Shown: positions 25,211 through 39,250 of the stretch, one piece after another | Layout of the letters: the number at the start of each line of letters is the position of its first letter | Position numbering within the stretch: position 1 is the first letter of the stretch | Origin: Tubulanus polymorphus | Taxonomy: Eukaryota > Animalia > Nemertea | Assembly: GCF_964204645.1 (NCBI RefSeq) | Contig: NC_134028.1 | Coordinates: forward strand, 9,300,001-9,364,000 | Length of the DNA stretch: 64,000 nt | Direction of reading: 5' to 3' | The notes under the pieces: model-generated | Told to the model about the DNA's origin: nothing | Database searches by the model: none | Seen by the model: only the letters and a program-made list of their open reading frames with translations | Program-made: the position numbers and the translations under genes

Positions 25211-28200
25211 TAAGTTGATTTCTGACGTATTTGGAATATCATAATATACACTGTTCTTCAAATCTTGCTGCATTTCTCAAGTCGATCGTCTCTCTGCGCC
25301 GCTTCTTGTCCTTATGACCACGCTGTACTTAGTTAAGTATCAACATCTCAATATGGTTAAAAATAATTTATTTTTTGAGATTTTGCTTATCATCATTTCA
25401 TAATTTCGACTCCTATCTTCGGATCATTCTGTCGTATATCGTGGAAATATGCTCGGTCCCGATATTAACATTTCAAGAGATCTTATTACGTAAAACCAAA
25501 ATTATATAAAGAGGACCTTCATGTATTTATGGTAAAGCGTACCATAGGTTTGACGGTTATTCGATTATATTGATTTTTTTTTCATATAGAAACGATTATA
25601 CTATAAAGGGATGGCCAATGCGTATAATCAATGTTATGCGGGAAAACCCCAGTAATTAATCAGTAAAAGGTTTAATTGGAATTGATCTTATATAACGCGT
25701 CTAAATGTGGTCGATGCTACTATGTATTATGAAAAAAGATAACTTAACTGTATAATCAATTGTTTTTGATCTGTTCCTCTTTAGATACATTCAATGACAT
25801 ATGTAGCGTATTTCTCATCCTCCTGCCAAAATCGTCGCGTATTAATAGTAAAAACATTGGCGTTATCGATTTACTATCGACGTCAAGTCTTAACCAGTCA
25901 CATCTATCGAAAACTATAGCGAGAAAAGCCTAATCAAATATACGTCATTTTGAGACGAGGAATTTCGATGGTTTTAAGAGAGAGAGAACAGTTTTATTGA
26001 TTTATTGCAGTGCTTTGCTTTTGTTCTCACATATTTTAATCAACACTAAACATGAAATAAGTGACGAATTAACGTTTGATAAGCATTTCAAAAACCGACA
26101 AAACACAAGGCTTGAATGGAACATTATAAAGAAATATAAGATATTTCTATATAAGGAAATCTTTTGTTCTATCTTTTTGATAAATCTGTTTGGCTTTGAA
26201 CGTTTGGGTAGGGTAAGGCAGTTCGTTCTAATTATCGTTTAATATCCCGGTAAACTACAGCTGACCGCCAGTATAAATGAACATTTTCTGATATTTTGAA
26301 AACAATTCCAGCCTTTAGAAATATCCGAACAATAAACGGTCAGAATCATTTTATACCGAATCTATCGTGGATTCTCGGGTCGGAGACTATTTTTCGCGAA
26401 CACGCATTACATGCGATTAAACGTATTCAAACTAATGCGATCACGACTGAAAACGCGCCTGCTTTTTTATACCGTGTATATTAAATCATTTATCTGCGTC
26501 CGATTACAAATCGCGTGATGATGACGGATAGATTATTTTTGAATGCCATTTCAGTCTTTAAACGTTCCGCCGAATTCTTCGAGCCGAGCGCCGTGAGCTC
26601 CGTGGAAACGATATCATATAGATTTTAATAGATGTATTGTAATAAAAGTTTTCATCGCACCGATTCGTGCGCGCGCGACGATCAAAAGAAAAACTTTATA
26701 CGCGCGGCGTAAAATGTGAAAGATGTTTCTGGAAATAATTTACAAATTGTACCTGGTGGCGTTATGGTTAATTCTGCCAGTGTTAATCAATGACTCGATA
26801 CTATATTTAAATATATATTATTTCTGGAAAGTTTTCAACCGATTCTTCGTAAGTGTTCAACTAATCAAGAACTAGATGAGCTGACTTTCTCGGCTGTCTA
26901 GGTTAACCTTTTTGACAAATACATCGGATAGAAATTCATGATTTTTTGTCTATATGCGACTTGAAATGGAACGAGTATTTTCACAATTACGTCAGTGCAT
27001 AAAGGCATAAACCAGACCGCGGTTATAACCTGTGATGGTCTAAGCATGGGTATATCCAACGATGGTCAGAGACGTTGTAGGGCTAAAACATTGATACCTT
27101 ATTTTTCCTTTCTGCCGAGCCGACACGGCCGGCCGCCTATTTACTAAGTACGTTACCTTAACAAAAATCACGATCAAGCAAACTAATAACAGACCCGACA
27201 GCTATGTAAATGAATTGATGACAAATTTCATCGCGATTTACAACACGGCCCGGCCGATTAGTAGAAACAAGGTATCATTTCTAGCCTCATCCGTAAATTG
27301 GTACTAGTAAAATGTACAACCGTACTTTAACGAGAACAAAAGATCGTTATTTCTGCTCTGGACGTTGGAATTATTCACCATCGTCTGTGATAGGAGAACG
27401 CGATGATTATTATGGAATCTGTTGAATGAATGTCAACACTCGAGCTGTTTACTATCAACTATATACAAAGCAGCCTCATGTGATTAATCAATTTATATTG
27501 ATCATTAACTCCGTACTAGCCGATGTTTTGATAGCGTCGATCAACACCTCTTACGTCCGGGGTTCGAATCTAATATCCGGCAATCTTCCGCTAGAATGAT
27601 AATCGCGGCTTAGGTTTTAGGGGTTCGCACGCGCGCCGCTCCGAAAACCCCTCGGGGGGTAATTTAGAAACTAAAAACAAAGACATCGTCGACGTGGTTT
27701 TATCTATAAATGCGACTGGATGGATGGAAAGTTTGGTGGAAAAGTAGTAATTTTGACTGGAGTTAAACGATGGACTGGTGGTAGAATAGCCACACGCAGA
27801 CGTGGAGAACAGATGATAATTTAAAGCCCACTATATCTCGAATTTTATTCATTAAGAATTAAAATCAAAATACTGAATAGTTCGCCAGGTGTCAGCCGAT
27901 TTCTAGTGAGAGGTCGAAATATCATGTATTTTGGTGATCTTAATTAAATGATGGACTATTTCGTTACGCTTAAATGGAATAAGCTTGCAAAACGATAAAA
28001 CGTTTGAAATGAGATGATGCAGATAAAAGTAAGGGGTTTTACTAGACCAATAGGCTAGATGGGAGAAAAAGGTAATCAAAATAGAAGATAACACACTTTT
28101 TGCTATGAGTCCCGTTCAACCGACGTAAACTATCCTTTGTTCTGCGTAACTTCCAAAATCATAATGGTTTTGCCTACGAATTGTAAGTTCCCAGTAAAAA

Positions 28201-31200
28201 AGAAAAAAATAACAAATCAAAGATTTTCACGTGGACATCCAGGTGAGAATCAGCTGATATTAGCCTGTTACTAATTAGACTACGGTTGATTAAGCTAATT
28301 ACAGAGAGCGTGAAGTTAGCTATCGGCAGCAGACACGCGAGTTTATTTACAAACATTTAATTTCCACACTTTTCAGCAAAACTTAACCGTGAATCATCGA
28401 GATATTCAACACCTTTCTGTTGCCAAACGTAAACTTCCTGATTGTTGTAATAACGAAGCTGTCAAGAGTTGGGTAAACTTACGTTTAGTCTGTATAAACT
28501 ATGTGCAGTCAGTTTGCTTAAAGTTCTATAACATTTTGTGAAATCGAGATTTGCCGAATTCATTCCCCACTTTGCAGCGAGAAACTTAAATTTTTCTTAA
28601 GATATGAAATTTCATATGGAGCTCAATTCATTTCGAATGACGTTGAATCCGGCTATATCAGCGAACCCCCGAGCAATCGGTGGTAAATAACCCCGCTGTC
28701 TCGATGATGGATATTTCATACGAGCTTTTCAAAACGGCTCCACTTTTTCCCTGTGATCTCGGAGACGTCGTCGCGGCTTCACCGAATATCACAACAGGAA
28801 GTAAGCATAATAGAAAACAAGGATAGCGAAGCATGAAAAGACAAGCCTAATCATTTAATGGACCGGCTTTTTGCTGACTCATATAAACCGTTTTAACTAC
28901 GAAGACATGAAGTAGTTGATAATTCATAACGGTGTCCGTCTGACTGTTTTACTCGCGCGGTTAAAACTAGGAGTCAGACTTAAAGCTTCACCTCCGAATT
29001 GGATCGTGAATATTTTGTACATTGTCGCGTCATGTCTTATCGCTGAAAAACAAAAATGGCTGAACACAGACCGTGTATTCGTACTCAATATTAAGGAAAT
29101 GATAGCTGCTTTTATTGTGTTCGCAGTCATATTGTCTCAATTGTTGCTGTCTATCTCGGCAATTGTTTCGAAATGAAGACTTAATTTTCCTCGGAGGTTC
29201 TCCACACTTGAGAGACCGAACAACAATGTTATTGTATCGTGATTAGTTGCGTTCGGGCAGGCGTATATCTACAGTTTCGTATGATGATGATAACCGTACC
29301 TCCTACGAAAATAAAACGCTGTATTTTCAACCCATTGGGAAATCTGAAATGTGCAATAAAATAGCAATTACCGGCTGCAAAATCCATATAAAACGCATTC
29401 CCGATCCCATAGAGCTATATAGCTTTAATTACAGAATTTGTTATTACTTTTGCGGTCTTCGCTTTAACCATATACGTATTAGAGCCCATGGATTTAAAGC
29501 AGGTTTTGCCCATCAGATAATTGCTGGCGATCTAAGCTTTGAATGCATTGTCTTCGACGATATCTGATGATCAAGCAGTTGGCAGGTTCCAGACATCGCG
29601 TAGGCTGTCCCAACAGGTTTATTCCTTTGTTCGCTGTCTCAGACCGGCGACTTTAATAATTTTTTTCTAGAAACTAATGATATGGTTTTCTACAGTTATA
29701 TACAAGTCACGTGTCACAGCGTTGACATCTTTTCCTCTTGAGATGACGTAACAATGGGAACGGTTTCATTTGAATTCGTCGCCAGGTTGTAATTAGTACT
29801 GACAGGAACAGTGTTTTCGCTCTGCTAACCGTCTTTGTCCAGAAGGTAGCCCGGAAATTAGGCTATTTGTTGTAGCAAATGTTTGTAACAATGTTCCGGG
29901 TCCATTGGTAATTAAATTCATTAAACAAGGCGCCGCCGATGACGTAACAAACGTAAAAATGTCAATATATCAAATATCAACCTCCGAAAGATACCCTAAG
30001 CAATTCTGGACAGAAAAACGCTTTCCCATGGAAACACATACAAACAAAGACATAAACGCTTTTGAATTCTCCGTATATAGGAAAATTGCGTTAGATATCT
30101 TCACATATACGTTTAGATTAGTAAAGCGCGGATAATTATATTGTCTTTTCTATCAGAGTTAACTGGAGGGCTCAACCTCCCGACGGCTACATTGACCTAT
30201 TGTACCCGCGCTACCGGACGTTATTAGATCGACTGAACGCTGGGTGAATCGAGCGTAAATTTTACGTTCGCTTCGTTGGATTTTTGGTTTTGTGATGTAG
30301 AATTCGCTGGTGGTGCGGTTTAGTTTAGTTTCAAAGTGCAGCTGACACCGTCCGGGGTTAGGTGACCGATGTCGGGTTTGTAAGGGGCAGTTTCCAGGTG
30401 ATTGAGTTTTTATTGGTCAATCTTGAAGATCCCGTGAATGGAATACACATGTTCAAAACGTTGTATAACTATTGCGCGCGAAGGTTTTTATTGTCGTTTT
30501 GAAGAATATGATGGGTTTATTTATAGAAATTGATGAATGATGTAGTTAGAATACGAGTCCTATCTGATAGAGAGAATAATCTCACTACAAATTGTAGATA
30601 AACGCTCGTTCTTCAGAGATTTGTTTGGCGAAAACTACCCGAAGAGTACGCACAAGAAAAGCAATAGTTTATCTAAGTGTCATCTCTAGTAATGCCAGCC
30701 TATAAAAAGGCTTACAAGATACAAACTTTTATATTAGATATTCATGGTAGAAGATTACATTTAAATCGTAAGTTAGCCTTATAAATATAGGTACATACAG
30801 ACATTTAATAGTTTTACGATTTGTTAGAATGAGTTTGACTATACCTCGGTACTTAAAAGGTATGTTATATCGACATTTAGTGCTTCAATATCATATCTTA
30901 TAGGTCATTTCTGAAATCATCATCTGCGAAGCATTCACAAATTGTAATTCAGATTCTACTTTAATTTGTATGATGGAACAGCCCTCGAATTAGATGAACT
31001 GTACAGGTTGATTGCGTATTTTAATTTACATTTCATTCGTAAGTCAAATTGGAACTCTATGATATCCATTAAGTAACAAGTTCGAATTTTCATGGTGTAA
31101 AACTTAGCTAACCATAAATATGTCCTAAACTGTAATTGCATTCTATATAATCGCTTTAAAAGCCCTTTTGATGACGTGTAAACAGCTCTTATATCCGACG

Positions 31201-34200
31201 CGTATTGTGGTTAATGGTTTGATTTTCGAATGGCGTCAAACGTTTAGCTTTTCACGCTAAACATTTAGCAGATTCATTATTTCCTGTGGTTTCTGATGAT
31301 GAGTATAGCTCTTTTTTTGTAACGAAAATACATACTACAGAAAAAGGTGTTTCGGGGAGTAGTCTAAAATAAATGCTTCCTAGAATTCATGACTTTTCGT
31401 CAAGTGATGACAATCTTTCCACCCTTCCAGTCGTAAAGTTTTTTTCCTGAATTGGTTTTCATTACGCGGAGGTTGAAATTGCCAATGAATAAAATAAAAA
31501 CTGGAATCATCTAATGTCAATATCCAACCTTCGCTATTCGTCCCAAAACTTTATAAAACTTACACGCGAATATACAAACTATCCATATTCGGAAATATAT
31601 GAATTAAATTTAGTATCTAGATAGAAATGCTCGGATATATACAAATTTATGGCTCATTTGAATGTGTATGTCACAACAAGCTTCTATGGTTATACTACAT
31701 GAATGGAATACCCCCGAATTAGGGCGGGCCTTAACCGGGATAATTATAGTCACATTCCATGGAACGACCCACCGGCTAAATCGAATTATTAACGCTCATT
31801 CGCGCCGGTAAAATAACCGACCGCGTTTACTTTACGATTCGTCGAAAAATGTTGACCTAGATATTTTACGATTCAATCAAACACGATCAGGTTGACCTAT
31901 CTTTAGAATTCTTGTCGATATCAACTCAATTTTGAGTAGATATAAAAACGCAGTTTATCTGACGTCGAGAAAAGTTAAAAAAATAACTTTTTTCTGACGT
32001 TCTTTACTCTCTTAAGATAGCCATCGTAATAAGTTGAGTTCACTTAAAAATTCTAAAAAGTCAGAATTTTTTTTTCTCATGACGTTCCTTGCTCTCTCTT
32101 AAAATGGTTATCGTGACAAATTGGGTTACACTGATTTAATTCCCTTCGTTCGGTGGATTATGAAACTGTTCAATTAAAAGAAAATTGACTTACACTCTCA
32201 TGTATATGAATATCACGGGGGCCAGTTTTATAGACTGGGAATGGTATATTAACTTAAACCCAGAGGCTAAGTCAGTTCATTTTCAATTGAGTAAATCCGT
32301 AGGTCAGAATTGAACCAGCGGTCTAAGAATATCGCCAACTTTTTACGTGTTGGGGATTTAGAATGAATTACTCGAATTCGGGGAATCGACCCCTCTAATT
32401 TGTCAACGATCACACCTTAAAGCGAGAAATATCAGTTCGTAATGACAGACTCGGTGACAGATGGAATTTACTAGACCCGGTATTAATCTAATGGAATCGA
32501 TGTGAAATGCAGCATTAATAATCGTAACAAAGCAGTTCTTCGCGAATTTCTCTCGGAGACTATTGTCACGAAGTCCGAGACGCTATTGCAACTTGTGTTT
32601 AGTAATAGCGACGTATTGTCGTAGGGCATGAGACAATAATTGAATCCGGGTCCACTATACGACTGACTATACTATTCGGTGGTTTGTTTACAACCCGTTC
32701 GGGTCCGGGATCTGTTCTCGACCCGCGAATGGCTTTATACCGTATTGTGTCTAGTTAAACGCGGCCTATTGCAATTTGAAGGGTGCCCTCAATGACGACT
32801 ACGCTTAGAAAACCGCCGATAAACCGAGCATTCAAAGAAAACCATTGAAAACGATCAAAATATCTCAACTTTACACATGTCAAACACTTAACAAGTTGAA
32901 TACTCTTTGTACGGGCGTTAAGATTCGCGATCAAGATTTATACTAGCCGAACTAATAGTTTATTTAGCAACGAGAATAGACCCTCGAGAGATTCGTCCCC
33001 GGAGCGGTTTCTTTAATACAGGCGCGCGCGCGCAAAGAGAACTCGGTGGCCCCGAGCTTAGATCCCAGACACGGCGGAACTATTCTCTTTCTTCGGTGTA
33101 ATTAATATACGGAACTATTTGCCTGTAAAATGGAACTAAAAAGAACCCCTACAGCAAGTTTTGATAGTTAACCGGTGCGCTCTTCCAAAGGATGAGTTTA
33201 ATGAGATCACTGCAAAATATTTGCATACTGTAAATCAGTTATTCGTCGTAATACGAAGGCTTTTTCTCTTATCTGAGTTGTTTAAAAGTTAATGCCGGGT
33301 GTAATCCATTGTCTGCCACCGAACCCTCTTTAAGGCGAAAGAAAATCCGGAATACGAGACGACAGAAATGTTTGCAAATAATTTCAGTAAACGCTGTTCA
33401 CCGAAACCCTAGTGTTTCGTGTTTTCGTGATTATGTTCGGTTGTGCGCTGTGCTAGGCTAGGATTCGATACATTCCGTCGACAACCTGCTCGGTATCAAT
33501 GAAATACTGTGAATTTTTTATTGCAGTAATCCGGATGAATATGTTTTGAGGCGAAGTTTAGGAATATACCATCAGTCTGTATTACGCGGTGTGCGCGCCA
33601 GAGGAGATGGTTTTGTCGGTTTTTACCTATATTGAAGGTTGTTTAAGCTATTACTGTACATATGTTTCTCGGTTGTTTGAATCCCTAACAACCTACGCGG
33701 TTACTGAGATTCGATTCCCATCATATCTACATCTCATCGCGTCCGTATCCCGACATAGTTCTTCGACGTTATCGACATCTGTTCAGATTGTTACTTCCAG
33801 TTTTTCCACCCCGGCAGAATAAACTCTGGACCATGAAATTAGCTAATTATTACTAAAGCGGCTTTGAATACTGTATTCGGTATGGCGTCTATCGTCTTTT
33901 TTTCCAGCCAAAATATACTGCCAGAAATACCACGAACATTTTAACTACGTACAAAACCACCAGATAAGGAGCGTATAGGGGTTAATTTTCTACGTCACGC
34001 CTCAAATATCAAGGGGATTTTAGTTGGCAATATTTTGTGGTAGGCAAGGGCGAATCCAAGGGGGACTAGGGGACTACTACTAGTCCCTCCTAGATTTTCT
34101 CAGGTGCCGTCAAAATTTTCGAAAAAAATTTCATTCTTTAAAGAACTATGAATCATTTCCTCGTGACTGCCATCAAATGGCCTTGGAGAACGCCAAATTT

Positions 34201-36057
34201 TCTGAGGAAGATCCGACTTGAGCGGAGCCACTTTTGTAGTGGGAAAGTACGTACGCCTATAATGTCTTACTTTCGGCGAATTCGTTTGTTAGTTCGTTTT
34301 CCAATTGGAAATACCTCCGCATTATAGAGCTGAAGGTAACGTAATAAGGCCACCGAATACATTTCTTCTCACCGGTAGAAGTAGGTTCGCCTGCCTTAAG
34401 TGAAGTGAACGGTTGATTTTTAAGGAAGCAAGCCCGGATCATCGCGGTTCTTGTATCTTTCTCTCTTTTTCTCTCTGTATACACGTTAACGCTTCAAACG
34501 TTTACGTATCTTCTTCCGACAACGCTTTTCCCGTAAAACGTTCGTCCAACTTTTAACTGGAGAACGTAAGCGTTTTTACCCCGCGCGTTTAATATAGCGT
34601 AAACGTAGCGGTGATTAGATGAGCGTTGAACGAGTCTGAAAGAGTCTTTCGACAACCATTAAACTAATGTTATCGGTAGTGAGAAGAGTTTTTATAGGCT
34701 TATATACCCGCGTTCGGGTTGTCGTCTAATACATCACCGCGTGCGCACCACAGTCTCTATTAAACAACGATACGATTCCATCGGAGGGAAAAATCGTTTT
34801 CGCTGAATTGTAGCCGAGATCTATAGAATGATAAAAACGTATAAAAGTTAAAAGCAAAAACTAACGGCGAAATATCGAGGGAAGATTTGATAAACAGAAC
34901 GAACAATAAATGTCAATCTTCATGACAGATAAACTAATGCCGTCCTCGGTGTAGAAGATAAATAGTCAATTAAAATTTATTGCCTAGCTTTATGTTAGCT
35001 AGATTGCTACTGAGTATAATGGCGCATTCGGTAGAAAGAGTTCCTCGTTATGATTTACGTAGGAAGTATGCATCGTCAGTGCTTCACCTTTTGCAGCTAG
35101 AAATTGATAATATTTTCAACGATAAAGTTGAATTTTGTGAAATATTTGTGAATGCTAAAGATAGGTGTTTTTCTAATCCAAATCCGTTGAGTAGCGCGCT
35201 TAATACATAATTCGGCTCTTATATCGGTTGCAACTCTCCCTCTCCCTCTCCCTCTCCCTCTCGACTCTTTGTAGGAGGTTATATATGCTGCGATGTGAGA
35301 GGTGTCAAGATGTGATTCAAACTATGACACAAGTCAGACTGCGTGAACTAAAAAGATAACCATCAAGGTGATATAAATTATCCCCAAAGCTGTTTACTAC
35401 TAAATTGACAATGTCTATAAAAAACAATTTTTCGTACTCGTACTATCTGTCGCTTGAAAATAGTATTTTGCGCATAATTAGGATACACTTTTGACTATGG
35501 AAACCCCTATTTCCATAACGAACAAACGTTAATTCATTCATGAAATTAGGGTTTATCGCGCTCTGTCGGAGTCTCCAACGCCCCGAAAGAAGATTCGTTT
35601 TTTCAAGGGAACCCAATTATCTTTATGCAACGTTGTTCTTGACTTTGAAATACTCCAGACTTAACACTGTTATATAGCGTTAATAATGAGTTAATCCTGG
35701 AGTTAGACAACCATATTACCGCAGTTAATCCCTTTACCCAGTGGTATACCGTATTCATTAAAAACGTAATCAGGATGTTGGTAAAAAAACAAACTGAGGT
35801 CACAGATAGATCGGTGCAGTTGCGTATACTGATGTTTGTCAGTGACTCGATGTACCTATATACGGAAGCTGTATTGCTATAGATCGCAGGGATGGATCCA
35901 AGGGAGGTGCAGGCGGTGTGCACCCCCTAAAAGTTGCAATAAAGTTTCACAAGAAATGGAAAAGTATTAAACCGACACCTAAAATGTTTCAATTCACAAG
36001 CTTTCTCTCTGTATTTCCAAAAATGAGTAAATGTTTTCCGATGAGCTTGATTTCGGG

Positions 36058-36133
36058 TAGACTGGTTACCGGGGTCTACCTTCAGTTCTGACGCGAATGC
36101 AGGTGGCGCAGAATTGGACAGGCAACCAGTCTA
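36058..36133. repeat. 76-bp hairpin element
   Basis: tagactggttacc ... ggcaaccagtcta ends, with an internal ttctg/cagaa stem. Confidence 0.6.
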
Positions 36134-39029
36134 TCTTTCGGGGTGCCATTTTGATTAAATGATGTACCCTGTTCTGGGGATGCACCGTACCCTGAATCAG
36201 ACGCGCGCAGTAATGTCTTAAACCACACTAAACGTCTTCACGAGTAATGTCTACAGCCATTGGTATAGTTAGTTTATTCATCAAATACCTTCATATCAGA
36301 GGATTGAGATTGAAAGATGCCTTTAACTTTTGCGGGCGAACTTCTGTTATCTGAGTTAGTCGACTATTCGCAAAGCGAATGTCAGTTAGCCGTATGTTCA
36401 ATAAACAGTACGCTACGGGTTCGAGCACGGTTGCAGAAGTTCGAACCTTATAGTTCTACGATGGCCGATTTTAGTATTAGATGCATTAAATCATCTCGAA
36501 TAACTGTGAAAACCGAAGTTCCCCACCAATCAGGCGAATATTTGTTTCATGACAAGTTTTCATCATTTTAGTTTCTGTAGATTGATATCGGTGACTGAAT
36601 AGAGCTACGGCAATTGTTGGAGAGACCGGGGCTACATTGACTATGCCCGTTCACACTGAGCGACCGTAAATAAAATGTGGCCAATGTGTCCCGGTCCAAA
36701 GTTCCCATCGGGTCACTGGCCCTATGTACCATACTTCCCAAAAGGTCCTCACGCGGTTACTGCGATGCGAACAGCTATATTCATATGTTACAGTCGTGGA
36801 AAAACAGCATCGGTGTTTGACACATGCAATGTTTGATATTAGTATTCATATCATGGAACGCGGAACATTTAAACCAGTGAACCAACTCTCGTATTAGTCA
36901 GGTGCAAGTGCCACTTTACTGGACATGAAGTGTCGGTTGGATTTATGAGCTGTTTTCATGAATCCGTATCTAATTATCAAACATTCGTTTGGGGCAGTTA
37001 TATGACTGTTGTTGTGTCGGTGTACATGTGGGTAGACACTGGCTTATGTAGTGGGGCATCGATAAAAAAGGATCACCGGTCAGATATTGCCTATTGGGGT
37101 TAAAACGTAAATATTTCTTGGCATAACTCATTTTCGATTCGACATTCCAATTAATCCGTTGATATATCAGGTCTTGATTCTACGGGGATACCAGTTGAAT
37201 ACCCCGGTAATGAATCAAGAATCAGACTCACCGTATTTATGGATCAGGTTTACTATGACTAAGAACTGCGCCCTACTTATTCACATACGTATATGCTACA
37301 CTTGCATCGTAGGACATTTTCACAAACAAATCTTTCAACGCTTACAAACGATTAGTTTTAAATTTGAAATAGGGACGTTTCATTCGATTTATACATATTT
37401 GGCCATGCCAACCCATCACACCGGAAACGAAACGAGGGTGGAGGGTTAAGTTTTGAAAATCGTTAACGGAAATCGGAAGTTCAGATGTCGGTCGAAATTA
37501 CATAATATTCTAGTTCTATTTTCGGCGACGTTTCGTGTTTACCATGGGCGTATAAACTGAACGTCCATAGATTTTTGACGCCGGAAAAACCGATACAATA
37601 ATACTTTATGCATTGATAACTACTTTGCGTTGATAAGGGGTACGGTGTGAGTCGATGAGCACTACGTCATCAATAATGGCGTTTCAAAATAACACTCACG
37701 ATTTTAAATTTTGGCATTATTTCATGACTCTTCATGTTCGATTTAGTAAATTTTAGTAAGTCTTTTGAGAATGCATTTTGAGTGGATGTGCGCTACATCA
37801 TCAATAACGGGGCTAGCCTGGTTAGACTGGTTACCGGTCTTTAATTATTCGACGAATTCGAATTCGAAATAACTTTATTGATTCTTAATATCATACTACA
37901 TAATGCGTCGTCGATAAGTTTAGACAATATACCGATATACGTGTAATATCTTTCTTCAAGGCGTCAATAAACATTCAAGTTAGTCTTCTTGTTTAACCAG
38001 CTTCTCGAAAAAGCACATAACGTGTCTGAGGCCTGCGCATCATGCCCGAGGCCTGCTCAATCAAACTCACATTCACCGATTACGTAACCGATTATTCCGC
38101 TGTAACTGTATCCATCGCGACTAAGCCGGGGCTACTGTTTATCCGTCAGGAGGAACATCTATCTGATAATTTCCTGACGGACATTTTTCCGTCGCTCGCC
38201 GTTCGATTCGTATATTGACTCATATGAAGAGTCACGGAGAGATAAACATCGGAGTCAATTAGAAACAAATCCACGAGTTGCTGAAACACTGGCCACCAGT
38301 GGTCACCCGGAGAGATGGTCAGTTGAGTGTCACACGATAAAAATACTAGTTGAGTAGATGATTCATGGCGTGTCTCGCGGGTTTGTGACAATGATAAGAT
38401 CGTTGCTCTATGCTCGATTAGTTAACTATTAAGACGAGCTGTGTCTCAACCGAGATCCCCCCGACCTTGAGACCGATGCATCATCGCAAACATCATTGAT
38501 AGGATTGGGTCGATTGGCACGAGTATTTAGTGGAATATTTTTCGTGCGTTGATTAGACAGCGCGTCTGGATACTGATTTCTTGCTCATGGGCTGCATTTT
38601 AAGCGTACGATATGGTGATGAATTCTCATGGACGAATGTTCATGCAAAAACACTAGTTCAATACCTTTTCATCTGAAACTTATTTACTGGTCATTTTCGA
38701 TTCGGGCATTTGCTCGGTCAGAAAATGAGCTTTGAGGTGAACTCGGCTATTGATATGGCAATCAAGAGCCAACAGAAGACATCAATGCTGGATTCGATCG
38801 AGGTCTATTTTCCATTTTTTCTCAAATTCGGTTGATGACGAATGAAATTCGTGTCATAGCATGAAATGATCAAATTTGAGTTCGTCCATGAATTTGCCGG
38901 ATGTTGTTGGTATTATTGAAAAACATTTTTTTTCCTCATCGTGTTTTCATATGAAGTGATTACAGAATTAGAAAAAAGAGAAACAAAAGAAAAAATGGTT
39001 TAGGCATTCGAATGATTATGATAAATTAT

Positions 39030-39250
39030 AAATACCTATTTGTACAGTCGGTAAGTATATAATAAATAACAAGAAAAATGTAAACGAATCATAAATTCGC
39101 TTTGAACGTATAGGCATCACAAATTCAGCAAATTTGTTGAAAGATTTGAATTCGTACATCTCATTATCTCTCAATAAGTTTCCAGCCTCCTTGGTTGTAT
39201 GGATTAGATAAGAGTTAAATACCGAATTTCTAAAAGTATTTATAGTTTCT
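39030..39250 (-). mobile_element. Decayed LINE ORF2 C-terminal fragment
   Basis: TFRNSVFNSYLIHTTKEAGNLL...FKSFNKF weakly resembles the FxNSFFPxTIxxWNxL...SLxxFK tail of L2/CR1-type ORF2. Confidence 0.35.
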